A DNA stretch of 39,375 nt from Nemertoderma westbladi (taxonomy: Eukaryota > Animalia > Xenacoelomorpha), in NCBI GenBank assembly GCA_032718475.1, contig JAUCBJ010008471.1, positions 1 through 39,375 on the forward strand. The letters run 5' to 3'. Below, piece after piece: positions 25,701 through 36,307 of the stretch; position 1 is the stretch's first letter; each line of letters begins with the position of its first letter. A program made the position numbers and the translations under genes. The notes beneath the pieces are model-generated. The model did not search any database and was not told the origin of the DNA. It was given only the letters and a program-made list of their open reading frames with translations.

Positions 25701-28656
25701 AACACAAATTTGTGTTTTACACTTTTATGTCACGAGCTGATCTAACCATTTTAGAAACTACGTTTCGAGTTGGTATGAACACAAATTTGTGTTTTACACT
25801 TTTATGTCACGAGCTGATCTAACCATTTTAGAAACTACGTTTCGAGTTGGTATGAACACAAATTTGTGTTTTACACTTTTATGTCACGAGCTGATCTAAC
25901 CATTTTAGAAACTACGTTTCGAGTTGGTATGAACACAAATTTGTGTTTTACACTTTTATGTCACGAGCTGATCTAACCATTTTAGAAACTACGTTTCGAG
26001 TTGGTATGAACACAAATTTGTGTTTTACACTTTTATGTCACGAGCTGATCTAACCATTTTAGAAACTACGTTTCGAGTTGGTATGAACACAAATTTGTGT
26101 TTTACACTTTTATGTCACGAGCTGATCTAACCATTTTAGAAACTACGTTTCGAGTTGGTATGAACACAAATTTGTGTTTTACACTTTTATGTCACGAGCT
26201 GATCTAACCATTTTAGAAACTACGTTTCGAGTTGGTATGAACACAAATTTGTGTTTTACACTTTTATGTCACGAGCTGATCTAACCATTTTAGAAACTAC
26301 GTTTCGAGTTGGTATGAACACAAATTTGTGTTTTACACTTTTATGTCACGAGCTGATCTAACCATTTTAGAAACTACGTTTCGAGTTGGTATGAACACAA
26401 ATTTGTGTTTTACACTTTTATGTCACGAGCTGATCTAACCATTTTAGAAACTACGTTTCGAGTTGGTATGAACACAAATTTGTGTTTTACACTTTTATGT
26501 CACGAGCTGATCTAACCATTTTAGAAACTACGTTTCGAGTTGGTATGAACACAAATTTGTGTTTTACACTTTTATGTCACGAGCTGATCTAACCATTTTA
26601 GAAACTACGTTTCGAGTTGGTATGAACACAAATTTGTGTTTTACACTTTTATGTCACGAGCTGATCTAACCATTTTAGAAACTACGTTTCGAGTTGGTAT
26701 GAACACAAATTTGTGTTTTACACTTTTATGTCACGAGCTGATCTAACCATTTTAGAAACTACGTTTCGAGTTGGTATGAACACAAATTTGTGTTTTACAC
26801 TTTTATGTCACGAGCTGATCTAACCATTTTAGAAACTACGTTTCGAGTTGGTATGAACACAAATTTGTGTTTTACACTTTTATGTCACGAGCTGATCTAA
26901 CCATTTTAGAAACTACGTTTCGAGTTGGTATGAACACAAATTTGTGTTTTACACTTTTATGTCACGAGCTGATCTAACCATTTTAGAAACTACGTTTCGA
27001 GTTGGTATGAACACAAATTTGTGTTTTACACTTTTATGTCACGAGCTGATCTAACCATTTTAGAAACTACGTTTCGAGTTGGTATGAACACAAATTTGTG
27101 TTTTACACTTTTATGTCACGAGCTGATCTAACCATTTTAGAAACTACGTTTCGAGTTGGTATGAACACAAATTTGTGTTTTACACTTTTATGTCACGAGC
27201 TGATCTAACCATTTTAGAAACTACGTTTCGAGTTGGTATGAACACAAATTTGTGTTTTACACTTTTATGTCACGAGCTGATCTAACCATTTTAGAAACTA
27301 CGTTTCGAGTTGGTATGAACACAAATTTGTGTTTTACACTTTTATGTCACGAGCTGATCTAACCATTTTAGAAACTACGTTTCGAGTTGGTATGAACACA
27401 AATTTGTGTTTTACACTTTTATGTCACGAGCTGATCTAACCATTTTAGAAACTACGTTTCGAGTTGGTATGAACACAAATTTGTGTTTTACACTTTTATG
27501 TCACGAGCTGATCTAACCATTTTAGAAACTACGTTTCGAGTTGGTATGAACACAAATTTGTGTTTTACACTTTTATGTCACGAGCTGATCTAACCATTTT
27601 AGAAACTACGTTTCGAGTTGGTATGAACACAAATTTGTGTTTTACACTTTTATGTCACGAGCTGATCTAACCATTTTAGAAACTACGTTTCGAGTTGGTA
27701 TGAACACAAATTTGTGTTTTACACTTTTATGTCACGAGCTGATCTAACCATTTTAGAAACTACGTTTCGAGTTGGTATGAACACAAATTTGTGTTTTACA
27801 CTTTTATGTCACGAGCTGATCTAACCATTTTAGAAACTACGTTTCGAGTTGGTATGAACACAAATTTGTGTTTTACACTTTTATGTCACGAGCTGATCTA
27901 ACCATTTTAGAAACTACGTTTCGAGTTGGTATGAACACAAATTTGTGTTTTACACTTTTATGTCACGAGCTGATCTAACCATTTTAGAAACTACGTTTCG
28001 AGTTGGTATGAACACAAATTTGTGTTTTACACTTTTATGTCACGAGCTGATCTAACCATTTTAGAAACTACGTTTCGAGTTGGTATGAACACAAATTTGT
28101 GTTTTACACTTTTATGTCACGAGCTGATCTAACCATTTTAGAAACTACGTTTCGAGTTGGTATGAACACAAATTTGTGTTTTACACTTTTATGTCACGAG
28201 CTGATCTAACCATTTTAGAAACTACGTTTCGAGTTGGTATGAACACAAATTTGTGTTTTACACTTTTATGTCACGAGCTGATCTAACCATTTTAGAAACT
28301 ACGTTTCGAGTTGGTATGAACACAAATTTGTGTTTTACACTTTTATGTCACGAGCTGATCTAACCATTTTAGAAACTACGTTTCGAGTTGGTATGAACAC
28401 AAATTTGTGTTTTACACTTTTATGTCACGAGCTGATCTAACCATTTTAGAAACTACGTTTCGAGTTGGTATGAACACAAATTTGTGTTTTACACTTTTAT
28501 GTCACGAGCTGATCTAACCATTTTAGAAACTACGTTTCGAGTTGGTATGAACACAAATTTGTGTTTTACACTTTTATGTCACGAGCTGATCTAACCATTT
28601 TAGAAACTACGTTTCGAGTTGGTATGAACACAAATTTGTGTTTTACACTTTTATGT
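16762..28656. repeat. 77-bp satellite array, ~154 copies, highly homogeneous
   Basis: Unit TTTTAGAAACTACGTTTCGAGTTGGTATGAACACAAATTTGTGTTTTACACTTTTATGTCACGAGCTGATCTAACCA. Period checked at 16821 and 16898. Confidence 0.98.
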
Positions 28657-28766
28657 ATTATACATTAAATACAAGATAAACAATTAAACATTTAAGACAG
28701 ACAGTTAGAGAAACAGTTTTAATTAGTTAGATAAACAGTTAATCAGAGTCTGTGTTTATGTGGCTA

Positions 28767-28862
28767 TCATATTCTGGTCCCATAAACCTTTTTCGTATGA
28801 TAGTTTTCAAAGCAGTCGAGGACACATACTGGCACATTACATAAAACATATATAAAAGTAGC
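28767..28862 (-). pseudogene. piggyBac transposase C-terminal cysteine-rich domain remnant
   Basis: Translates ATFIYVLCNVPVCVLDCFENYHTKKVYGTRI*, matching the T-x2-C-x2-C-x-V-x-LC-x3-CF-x2-YH piggyBac tail with one Cys lost. Confidence 0.75.
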
Positions 28863-28971
28863 CATTTTATTTAAACTTCACATTTCATGAGCAAGGTGCG
28901 AAAAATTAATAAACGAGACAGGAGTTAACGGATATTTTTCTTAATATAATAAATGAGAACTATAAAAAACA

Positions 28972-29160
28972 ATTAATAATAAATTAAAATAGTAAATAAA
29001 TAATAATAAATTAAAATAGTAAATAAATAATAATAAATTAAAATAGTAAATAAATAATAATAAATTAAAATAATAAATAATAATAATAAATTAATAATAA
29101 TAAATTAAAGTACTAAATACTAATAATAAATAAATTAAAATAATAAATTCATTAATAAAT
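28972..29160. repeat. AT-rich ~27-bp degenerate tandem repeat
   Basis: AATAATAAATTAAAATAGTAAATAAAT repeated several times, decaying toward the right. Confidence 0.85.
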
Positions 29161-29947
29161 AAGTTTCTCCAATTTGATAACATGAATAGAATTACCGGAG
29201 TAGAAAAGTTTTCCACGTCATAAAAAAAAATCCATCCAAATAAAGGTGGTAGTTAAAAGAGTAAAATTTAGTTTTTTTTTTCCACAGTGGGTCTAGCAAT
29301 CCGATGATACTAAAACGAAGTAACGAAGAACCATTTATATAGGATTATGGGGTGTGGGAATATTGCAGCCGAAGTCTTGAGATTCAGTTATTGTTTTACT
29401 GTGAAGCATACCTGTGGGAAAACCTTATGTGTGGGCGTTGGGGATGCCAAACTGGCGGATATGAGGTATCGGAAGAAAGCCCATAAGCAGGGCTATCTAA
29501 TAGTGGTAATCTTATGTTCATCCGACCTGATGTTAAAAAACGGCCATTACTTAAACTTTTCTATATTTTAGAATCTTTCTCACGGCACTGTGTCTGCCAT
29601 AGTGGGCGATTCGAGATGATTCAACTACCATTGTGTAGCTCTACATTCAAGCGATTGAATGGCGGTAATGATAAACCCATAGGGATTCATTAAGTAGTAG
29701 TATTATAGGAATATGTAAAATATGTCTAAAACACAAAAAAGCGTCAGCACCAAGTGGATAGCCGCTCAGGCAAACACATATTTGTGTTCTTACCAACTCG
29801 GAGAACGCCAATTGATGTTTTCCCACCAGTTCGCGTACATTCACATAAAACACAAACTTGTGTTTCTACCAAGTCAGATGAGTTCACAAATTTATACCTG
29901 ACCAAATGCGATATAAATTGTTAAAACACAAATTTGCGTTCCTACTA

Positions 29948-32316
29948 CGGTGGCCCAGAACGGCCAAGAAACTTTTTAAATGTGAAAGTGTACTTTTCAG
30001 TGCTAAAGTGTTCTTTTCAGTGTGAAAATGATCTTTTCATTGTGAAAGTGTAAATTTGAAAGCGCGAAAGTGTAAATTTGAAAGTGCGAAAGTGTAAATT
30101 TGAAAGTGCGAAAGTGTAAATTTGAAAGTGCGAAAGTGTAAATTTGAAAGTGCGAAAGTGTAAATTTGAAAGCTAGAAACATGGTGGGATTTTTAAATTT
30201 AGACTGCTGGACTAGTGATCGACCATGCCCTGTCTGACTGTTGTGCTGTTCGGTAAATCGACTGCTGCAGTACTGGACTAAGCTGCTCCAGCTATCCCCC
30301 ACTGGCGCTGGTATGTATACAGGTATCAGTATTTGCTTTGTCATATCATCATGTAGTCTGCTGGCATTTGGTCCTGCGCCCTGGGCGCACTGTGTGGTGC
30401 AGTCAGTCTGTCAGAGCTGTGGCAGCAGAAACGTTCTTTAGCATAACGGTACTGTCAGACTGTACTGTTATGTATGTACTTTCGCACTCTCAAATTTACA
30501 CTTTCTCACTCTCAAATTTAGACTTTCTCACTCTCAAATTTACACTTTCTCACTCTCAAATTTACACTTTCTCACTCTCAAATTTACACTTTCGCACTCT
30601 CAAATTTACACTTTCTCACTCTCAAATTTACACTTTCTCACTCTCAAATTTACACTTTCTCACTCTCAAATTTACACTTTCTCACTCTCAAATTTACACT
30701 TTCTCACTCTCAAATTTACACTTTCTCACTCTCAAATTTACACTTTCGCACTTTCAAATTTACACTTTCGCACTTTCAAATTTACACTTTCGCACTTTCA
30801 AATTTACACTTTCGCACTTTCAAATTTACACTTTCGCACTTTCAAATTTACACTTTCACACTTTCAAATTTACACTTTCGCACTTCCAAATTTACACTTT
30901 CGCACTTTCAAATTTACACTTTCGCACTTTCAAATTTACACTTTCTCACTCTCAAATTTACACTTTCGCACTTTCAAATTTACACTTTCTCACTCTCAAA
31001 TTTACACTTTCTCACTCTCAAATTTACACTTTCTCACTCTCAAATTTACACTTTCGCACTCTCAAATTTACACTTTCTCACTCTCAAATTTACACTTTCT
31101 CACTCTCAAATTTACACTTTCTCACTCTCAAATTTACACTTTCGCACTCTCAAATTTACACTTTCGCACTCTCAAATTTACACTTTCTCACTCTCAAATT
31201 TACACTTTCTCACTCTCAAATTTACACTTTCTCACTCTCAAATTTACACTTTCTCACTCTCAAATTTACACTTTCTCACTCTCAAATTTACACTTTCGCA
31301 CTCTCAAATTTACACTTTCGCACTCTCAAATTTACACTTTCTCACTCTCAAATTTACACTTTCTCACTATCAAATTTACACTTTCTCACTCTCAAATTTA
31401 CACTTTCTCACTCTCAAATTTACACTTTCTCACTCTCAAATTTACACTTTCGCACTCTCAAATTTACACTTTCTCACTCTCAAATTTACACTTTCTCACT
31501 CTCAAATTTACACTTTCTCACTCTCAAATTTACACTTTCTCACTCTCAAATTTACACTTTCTCACTCTCAAATTTACACTTTCTCACTCTCAAATTTACA
31601 CTTTCTCACTCTCAAATTTACACTTTCTCACTCTCAAATTTACACTTTCTCACTTTCAAATTTACACTTTCGCACTTTCAAATTTACACTTTCGCACTTT
31701 CAAATTTACACTTTCGCACTTTCAAATTGACACTTTCGCACTTTCAAATTTACACTTTCGCACTTTCAAATTTACACTTTCGCACTTTCAAATTTACACT
31801 TTCTCACTCTCAAATTTACACTTTCGCACTTTCAAATTTACACTTTCGCACTTTCAAATTTACACTTTCGCACTTTCAAATTTACACTTTCTCACTCTCA
31901 AATTTACACTTTATCACTTTCAAATTTACACTTTCGCACTTTCAAATTTACACTTTCGCACTTTCAAATTTACACTTTCGCACTTTCAAATTTACACTTT
32001 CGCACTTTCAAATTTACACTTTCGCACTTTCAAATTTACACTTTCGCACTTTCAAATTTACACTTTCGCACTTTCAAATTTACACTTTCGCGCTTTCAAA
32101 TTTACACTTTCGCGCTTTCAAATTTACACTTTCGCACTTTCAAATTTACACTTTCGCACTTTCAAATTTACACTTTCGCACTTTCAAATTTACACTTTCG
32201 CACTTTCAGATTTACACTTTCACAATGAAAAGATAATTTTCACACTGAAAAGATCATTTTCACACTAAAAAGAACACTTTACATTTAAAAAGTTGCTTGG
32301 CCGTTCTGGGCCACCG
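29948..32316. mobile_element. TA-flanked non-autonomous DNA transposon (Tc1/mariner-superfamily-like) with repeat-containing long TIRs, nested in the piggyBac end
   Basis: TA|CGGTGGCCCAGAACGGCCAAG...CTTGGCCGTTCTGGGCCACCG|TA. Inverted similarity continues into 22-bp arrays; unique ~300-bp spacer at 30173-30477. Confidence 0.88.
30478..32222. repeat. 22-bp minisatellite (~79 copies); an inverted ~6-copy array lies at 30044-30172
   Basis: Unit CACTTT(C/T)(G/C)..: variants CACTTTCGCACTTTCAAATTTA and CACTTTTCTCACTCTCAAATTTA-like forms arranged in blocks; the 22-aa periodicity of the overlapping ORF equals 3 x 22 nt. Confidence 0.95.
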
Positions 32317-32471
32317 TACGTTCCTCCGTTACCAAGTCGAAACAAAAGTAAATGAAGACGCCGACCAGTTTAAGTGTTAATTGTAATTAGTATTCCATGC
32401 CTGCGGTCAATGTCGCTACTATCTGAACTTGGTTCCTTGTTACTGTGAGTAACATTTTCCTTTTTTTCCAG

Positions 32472-32626
32472 TTTATATGACTTGGCTCTCGGTGTTACTT
32501 GTTTAATATTATTGGAGATTTTGCGGAGATTAAAGAACATTAAATGGGACGGGGATTCGCAAACATTCGCAGCCATTCCATTCAAAGTTCGATTGGCGAG
32601 GAAAACTATATGGTTGGTGGGCACAG
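32472..32626 (+). CDS. SLC26A11: SLC26A11-like coding exon 5
   Basis: ttttccag|T; LYDLALGVTCLILLEILRRLK...RKTIWLVGT; donor CAG|GTGAGC. Confidence 0.92.
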
Positions 32627-32789
32627 GTGAGCAGCATTGTGTTACTAACAAGCAGTTAAGCTATAATCCAGACATTCATCATTTGATCGGTCAATAAATT
32701 AGAAATGATTATCCGACAACATTGGAATTGGTTTATTTGTATTGTCCAGCCAATCTACTACTTACTGAAGGGGTGGGTACCTTGAAAAA

Positions 32790-33478
32790 CAGTTTTGCCA
32801 CTCACCTGGAAAACCTGGAATAGTCAGGAAATTTCATTTTTTCTTGAAATGTCAGGGAATTCTTGTAAATAATGGAATGGGAATGTTATACAGGAAATAA
32901 GTGAAAATGTGTAAAATTGTATCTGCTCGTTTCGCTCGCCATTCGATTTCCTCACATCACTAAATTATATAGGTGCACTCTATAATCACTTAACTTTGTT
33001 TAGAATATAATAAAGCGGCCAATAATGTACTTATTTATACTAAATATACTCAATATCAATGCAAGCAAACAGTCGGCCGCAGCCGGAGGCGACCCGAAGG
33101 CTTCTCTTTCGATAGCTGCTACCCGTGGGTAGGGGTGGGCGCTACTCCTATCCCAAGATTTGCTCCCAGTTATTTAACTGGTACTCATTTTATCGACCCC
33201 AGTGGATGAAAGGCTGAGTGGACCCTGGCAGGGCTGAACCTACAACCAATAGATTGCAGGCCCGGCGCTCAACCAAATGAGCTACCCCACCTTATACTCT
33301 GTCTATAGTCTATATGTTATATATGCTATATGTCTATAGTCTATATATATGTCTATATACTCAATATACTATGTTCTATAAAAATGCTGTGTACCTGCTA
33401 GCAGGCAGTCAGGGAATTTTTTCAAAAATTCTGGGAAATGTCAGGGTAAATTGAAACTGAACTAGAGTGGCAACCCTG
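32790..33478. mobile_element. Degraded hAT-like MITE interrupted by a SINE
   Basis: Ends CAGTTTTGCCACTC / GAGTGGCAACCCTG with repeated GTCAGGGAA subterminal motifs at both ends; TSD not conserved. Confidence 0.65.
33061..33290 (-). mobile_element. tRNA-derived SINE, copy 2
   Basis: Aligns end to end with 15771-16004 with only a few substitutions. Confidence 0.9.
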
Positions 33479-33675
33479 AAAAATTGCTAGAAACCACTTT
33501 TTGTGATATTAATGTTATAATATTTTTATAATTGTTTAATGGTAAGACGGCCAAGTACATTACGATTGAGTAAAGTGGCAGCATATGATCGTATTGACAG
33601 ATGGAGGGCCATGACGAGGTAAATTGCGGACATACAAGGTATCTGATAGTATTTCCAGGTCTATCTTTTACCTAA

Positions 33676-33747
33676 GCCGCTAGCTGAATGGTTAGAGCGT
33701 CAGACTTCCAATCAGGAGGTCACCAGCTCGATCCCACCTGGACGCCA
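33676..33747 (+). repeat. tRNA-like SINE head or tRNA pseudogene
   Basis: TAGCTGAATGGTTAGAGCG (A box/D arm), anticodon-like arm and degenerate B box AGCTCGATCCC; acceptor and T stems pair poorly. Confidence 0.6.
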
Positions 33748-33899
33748 TTGCAACTTTGCCATGCTGTGCCCAACAAAATGTTATAATGATATAATCTGAG
33801 TTTTTGAGGAACCAAAATCCAGAAGTCTACCAAAATCGTACCTGCGGAAGTTGTTGAAAATTACAAATAAAAGTTGTGAATCTTTCGCTAAAAATTTAA

Positions 33900-34217
33900 G
33901 CTTCAATTCAGTAAATTTATCATAATCTGTATTGAAACCATAACATCTGCATCCAACATCAGATGCTACAAGGTTCCATTCTCAACAAACATATTACTAA
34001 CTAATGGTTTGGTTTGCACTCTGTGACAAAATGAACGCAATTGAATTGGGCTGGGATGTAGTCGAAAATAAGTTGGTTCCAATCATGATAGATAGGCCTC
34101 CTGCTCCCCAATAACTATTAAAATCATTCGTTGTAACTGCTAAATCGGTGGTAACAGTTTAGTATGTAGCTGCAAACGCCAAGGCCTTGAGAATACGTCA
34201 TCATTGTGGTTGATGCC
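33900..34217 (+). pseudogene. Decayed DNA-transposon protein C-terminus (nuclease tail plus Cys-rich CXC finger; Academ-like)
   Basis: LHPTSDATRFHSQQTYY*LMVW..MNAIELGWDVVENKLVPIMIDRPPAPQ*LLK/IRCNC*..CSCKRQGL, with stops and frameshifts. Flanked by the inverted motif AGTCTACCAAAATC (~33824 and ~34317). Confidence 0.6.
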
Positions 34218-34438
34218 AATGATTGCATTTGGAATTTATAAGGAATTTGCATTAATATTAAACAGGATTTATAGTCTTGTATTTTATTGTGATCCGCAAT
34301 TCGGATTTTGGTAGACTTTTAGTACAATATGAATTCAGCAAAAACCCTCCTGCTATTATTTTTTCAAGGTCGGTTCGGTACATTGACTGGACTATTCATT
34401 TTTGCAGTGACTAATCCCCGTATATCTTCTCTCCTCAG

Positions 34439-34614
34439 CACGGAACGCTCTTATTGTATTCTTTGCCGGCCTCGTTGCCTTTGCCCTCATTGCCAATGAC
34501 ATCCACGTTCTCAGCGTCAGCGGTCACATGGCTTCTGGACTTCCTTACGTTGAGGTTCCAAAATTTTCTTTTCGCCATGGAAACCAGACTGAGTCCTTTT
34601 TGGATATTATCACT
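34439..34614 (+). CDS. SLC26A11: SLC26A11-like coding exon 6
   Basis: ctcctcag|CA; ARNALIVFFAGLVAF...GHMASGLPYVEVPKFSF; donor ACT|GTAAGT. Confidence 0.93.
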
Positions 34615-35039
34615 GTAAGTTTAATCCCTTAATTAAACTTTATTTATTTTTGTCTTACAAGGAATAATAATATTAGCGCAAATTGGAAAAATGCCATTGT
34701 GCCATTGTTGAAATATTCGGATACTCTCACCTTAAAATGACGCTCGGATTTACCGATATAGGTAGCGTTACAGCTACTACACTTAAATTTATATTAGGTG
34801 AGAGCTCTGAGACTTAGGGAAGTCTATCCTTGAACGGGAGGTAACCACTGAGTCTACTTGTTGGACGGAATATTATTTTAAAATTGCACTGTGGTTATGC
34901 TTTGACAATGAGTCGTAAACTTTTCTGTATAGATGAGTTGAATAACTACCTAGAAGTACTGTATGAAGATAAGGATATGCAACTTAAGACTGCCCGTTCA
35001 ATAGAAGTGGATTAGGTGAGAGTGAATGTCAGGGGCAAG

Positions 35040-35133
35040 TGGCTGAACTGGTTAGCGCTACTGATGAGGCCTGTTAGGCTGAAACGTACGTATAGCCCGA
35101 GTTCAACCCCCGGTGACGCGCTTTCTCATTTTT
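35040..35133 (+). promoter_or_regulatory. tRNA-type internal Pol III promoter (A and B boxes) and T5 terminator bracketing the hammerhead
   Basis: A box TGGCTGAACTGG (35040-35051) in a D-arm-like GCT..AGC hairpin; B box GAGTTCAACCC in a T-arm-like CCGAG-TTCAACC-CCCGG hairpin (35097-35113); TTTTT at 35129-35133. Confidence 0.65.
35057..35096 (+). ncRNA. Minimal type I hammerhead ribozyme
   Basis: Stem I GCTA/TAGC; core CTGATGA (35061-35067); stem II GGCCT-gtt-AGGCT; GAAA (35081-35084); stem III C-gtac-G within the palindrome ACGTACGT; GTA cleavage triplet, predicted cut after 35092. Confidence 0.85.
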
Positions 35134-35443
35134 CCATTTCTGAACAAAACCATAAAAAAACATTATTATTAATGGCTTTTTTTCCTTTGCGCTAATATTA
35201 TTATTCCTTGTAAAACTAAAATACCACTCTGTGACTTCCATTACTTATTTAGTTTTGTCTGCTTCCCGCTTGCTTCAGAACATTACCATGAGTATTTAAA
35301 TGCAAATACATCCACCTCAAATGTTTAGCCACTGTTTCGTAATTGTTTACAAAACATGTACCCAATATTGACGGTAATAAATAAAAGGCATGCCTCTCAA
35401 CCTGACTGGTTGATTGAATTCTTCTCGATTAATTGTTTTATAG

Positions 35444-35628
35444 ACTCTGGGCCCGGGGCTGGCCGCAGTGCCGCTACTCGCCTTTCTGGAATCCATCGCC
35501 ATAGCGAAGGCTTTCGCCAGACTCAACAAGTACCGCGTCGATGTGTCCCAAGAGATGTTCGCTCTCGGATTGGCCAACATTGTTTCCAGTTTCTTCTCTA
35601 GTTACCCGGTTACCGGTAGTTTCTCAAG
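35444..35628 (+). CDS. SLC26A11: SLC26A11-like coding exon 7 (gene continues beyond the window; STAS domain not seen)
   Basis: ttttatag|ACT; TLGPGLAAVPLLAFLESIAIAKAF..VDVSQEMFALGLANIVSSFFSSYPVTGSFSR; donor AG|GTGAGA. Confidence 0.95.
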
Positions 35629-36307
35629 GTGAGATGGCGTGTAATGTAAACTATAATGCAGACTAAACCCCCCATCCACACTCCAATGTTTATTGGAAGA
35701 CCGTTAGGACTTCTTACTGTAAAATTATTCACTATCTATGTATATATCGGTTGAACTCCTCGGAAGCTATAGCTCGTCCGTCATTGAAAGTTATATCAAT
35801 CGACGCAGCTCAACCCCAGGATGTGGAAAAAAAGTTTCGGAAGAAATATTAAAGTGTCTTTTTTTTATTTCGAAAAATAGCCCCAAAACACGAAAATTGC
35901 CATAGACTCAATGATAGAAAAAACCAGCTACTGGTTCTCATGAGGGCCTAGTAAGTTACTAACTATTGATTGAATGGATAGGCCCAAACTGCAGAGAAGT
36001 ACATTACTACCTCACTCTATCCCAGACAGAAAGCAAACATTGTAATGTATTACCCCGGCAGCTGAATAGCTCTTCCCAGTGAATCCTATGGGAATATCTA
36101 TAAGGTTACTCACTGATATGTTAGGTGGGAGGCCAGCTGATTGAATTTTAAGCACTGGGCCGTTCAATTGTTTGATATATTGATGATAATGAATGAGGAG
36201 GGACCCAAATACACGACGTTTGACTATGGACGGTCTTCTTAAAGCCTCCTTGCTGGCTTTTCTACTAATATAATAAATTCCTGCATCAACTGTCGGTCTA
36301 GCCAATA

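Larger units (their letters stand above)
16680..32376 (-). mobile_element. Internally deleted piggyBac-family transposon, swollen to 15.7 kb by a satellite and a nested insertion
   Basis: TTAA TSD on both sides (16676-16679, 32377-32380); 13-bp TIR CACTTAAACTGGT / ACCAGTTTAAGTG; inverted subterminal ACTTGGTA-AACACAAATTTGTGTT motifs at both ends; transposase C-terminal remnant at 28767-28862. Confidence 0.88.
34655..35213 (-). mobile_element. Penelope-like retroelement remnant: GIY-YIG endonuclease fragment plus inverted pseudo-LTR
   Basis: Minus strand ~35020-34710 gives, with frameshifts, PQCNFKIIFRPTSRLSGYLPFKDRLP/KSQSSHLI/YKFKCSSCNATYIGKSERHFKVRVSE. A perfect 28-bp inverted repeat lies at 34655-34682 and 35186-35213, and the inverted copy contains a hammerhead. 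Confidence 0.85.

Noticed and set aside
16762-28656. CRISPR-like appearance (palindromic repeat at regular spacing)
   Set aside because: The sequence between palindromes is identical rather than unique spacers, there are no cas genes, and the context is a spliceosomal intron.
30338-32236. 632-aa ORF
   Set aside because: It is a translation of the 22-bp array in a transposon arm.
33676-33747. Functional tRNA gene
   Set aside because: Acceptor and T stems do not pair and the B box is degenerate.
34655-35213. TA-flanked MITE interpretation of the 28-bp inverted repeat
   Set aside because: The interior encodes a GIY-YIG remnant and a hammerhead, which fits a Penelope inverted pLTR better.
35937-35996. 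Second hammerhead-like pattern CTCATGA-GGGCCTA...TAGGCCC-AAACTGCAG
   Set aside because: Essential core G residues are substituted, the NUH triplet is missing and stem I is absent; at best a dead relic.
36012-36305. 97-aa minus-strand ORF next to the minisatellite
   Set aside because: No recognisable motif or supported splice structure.
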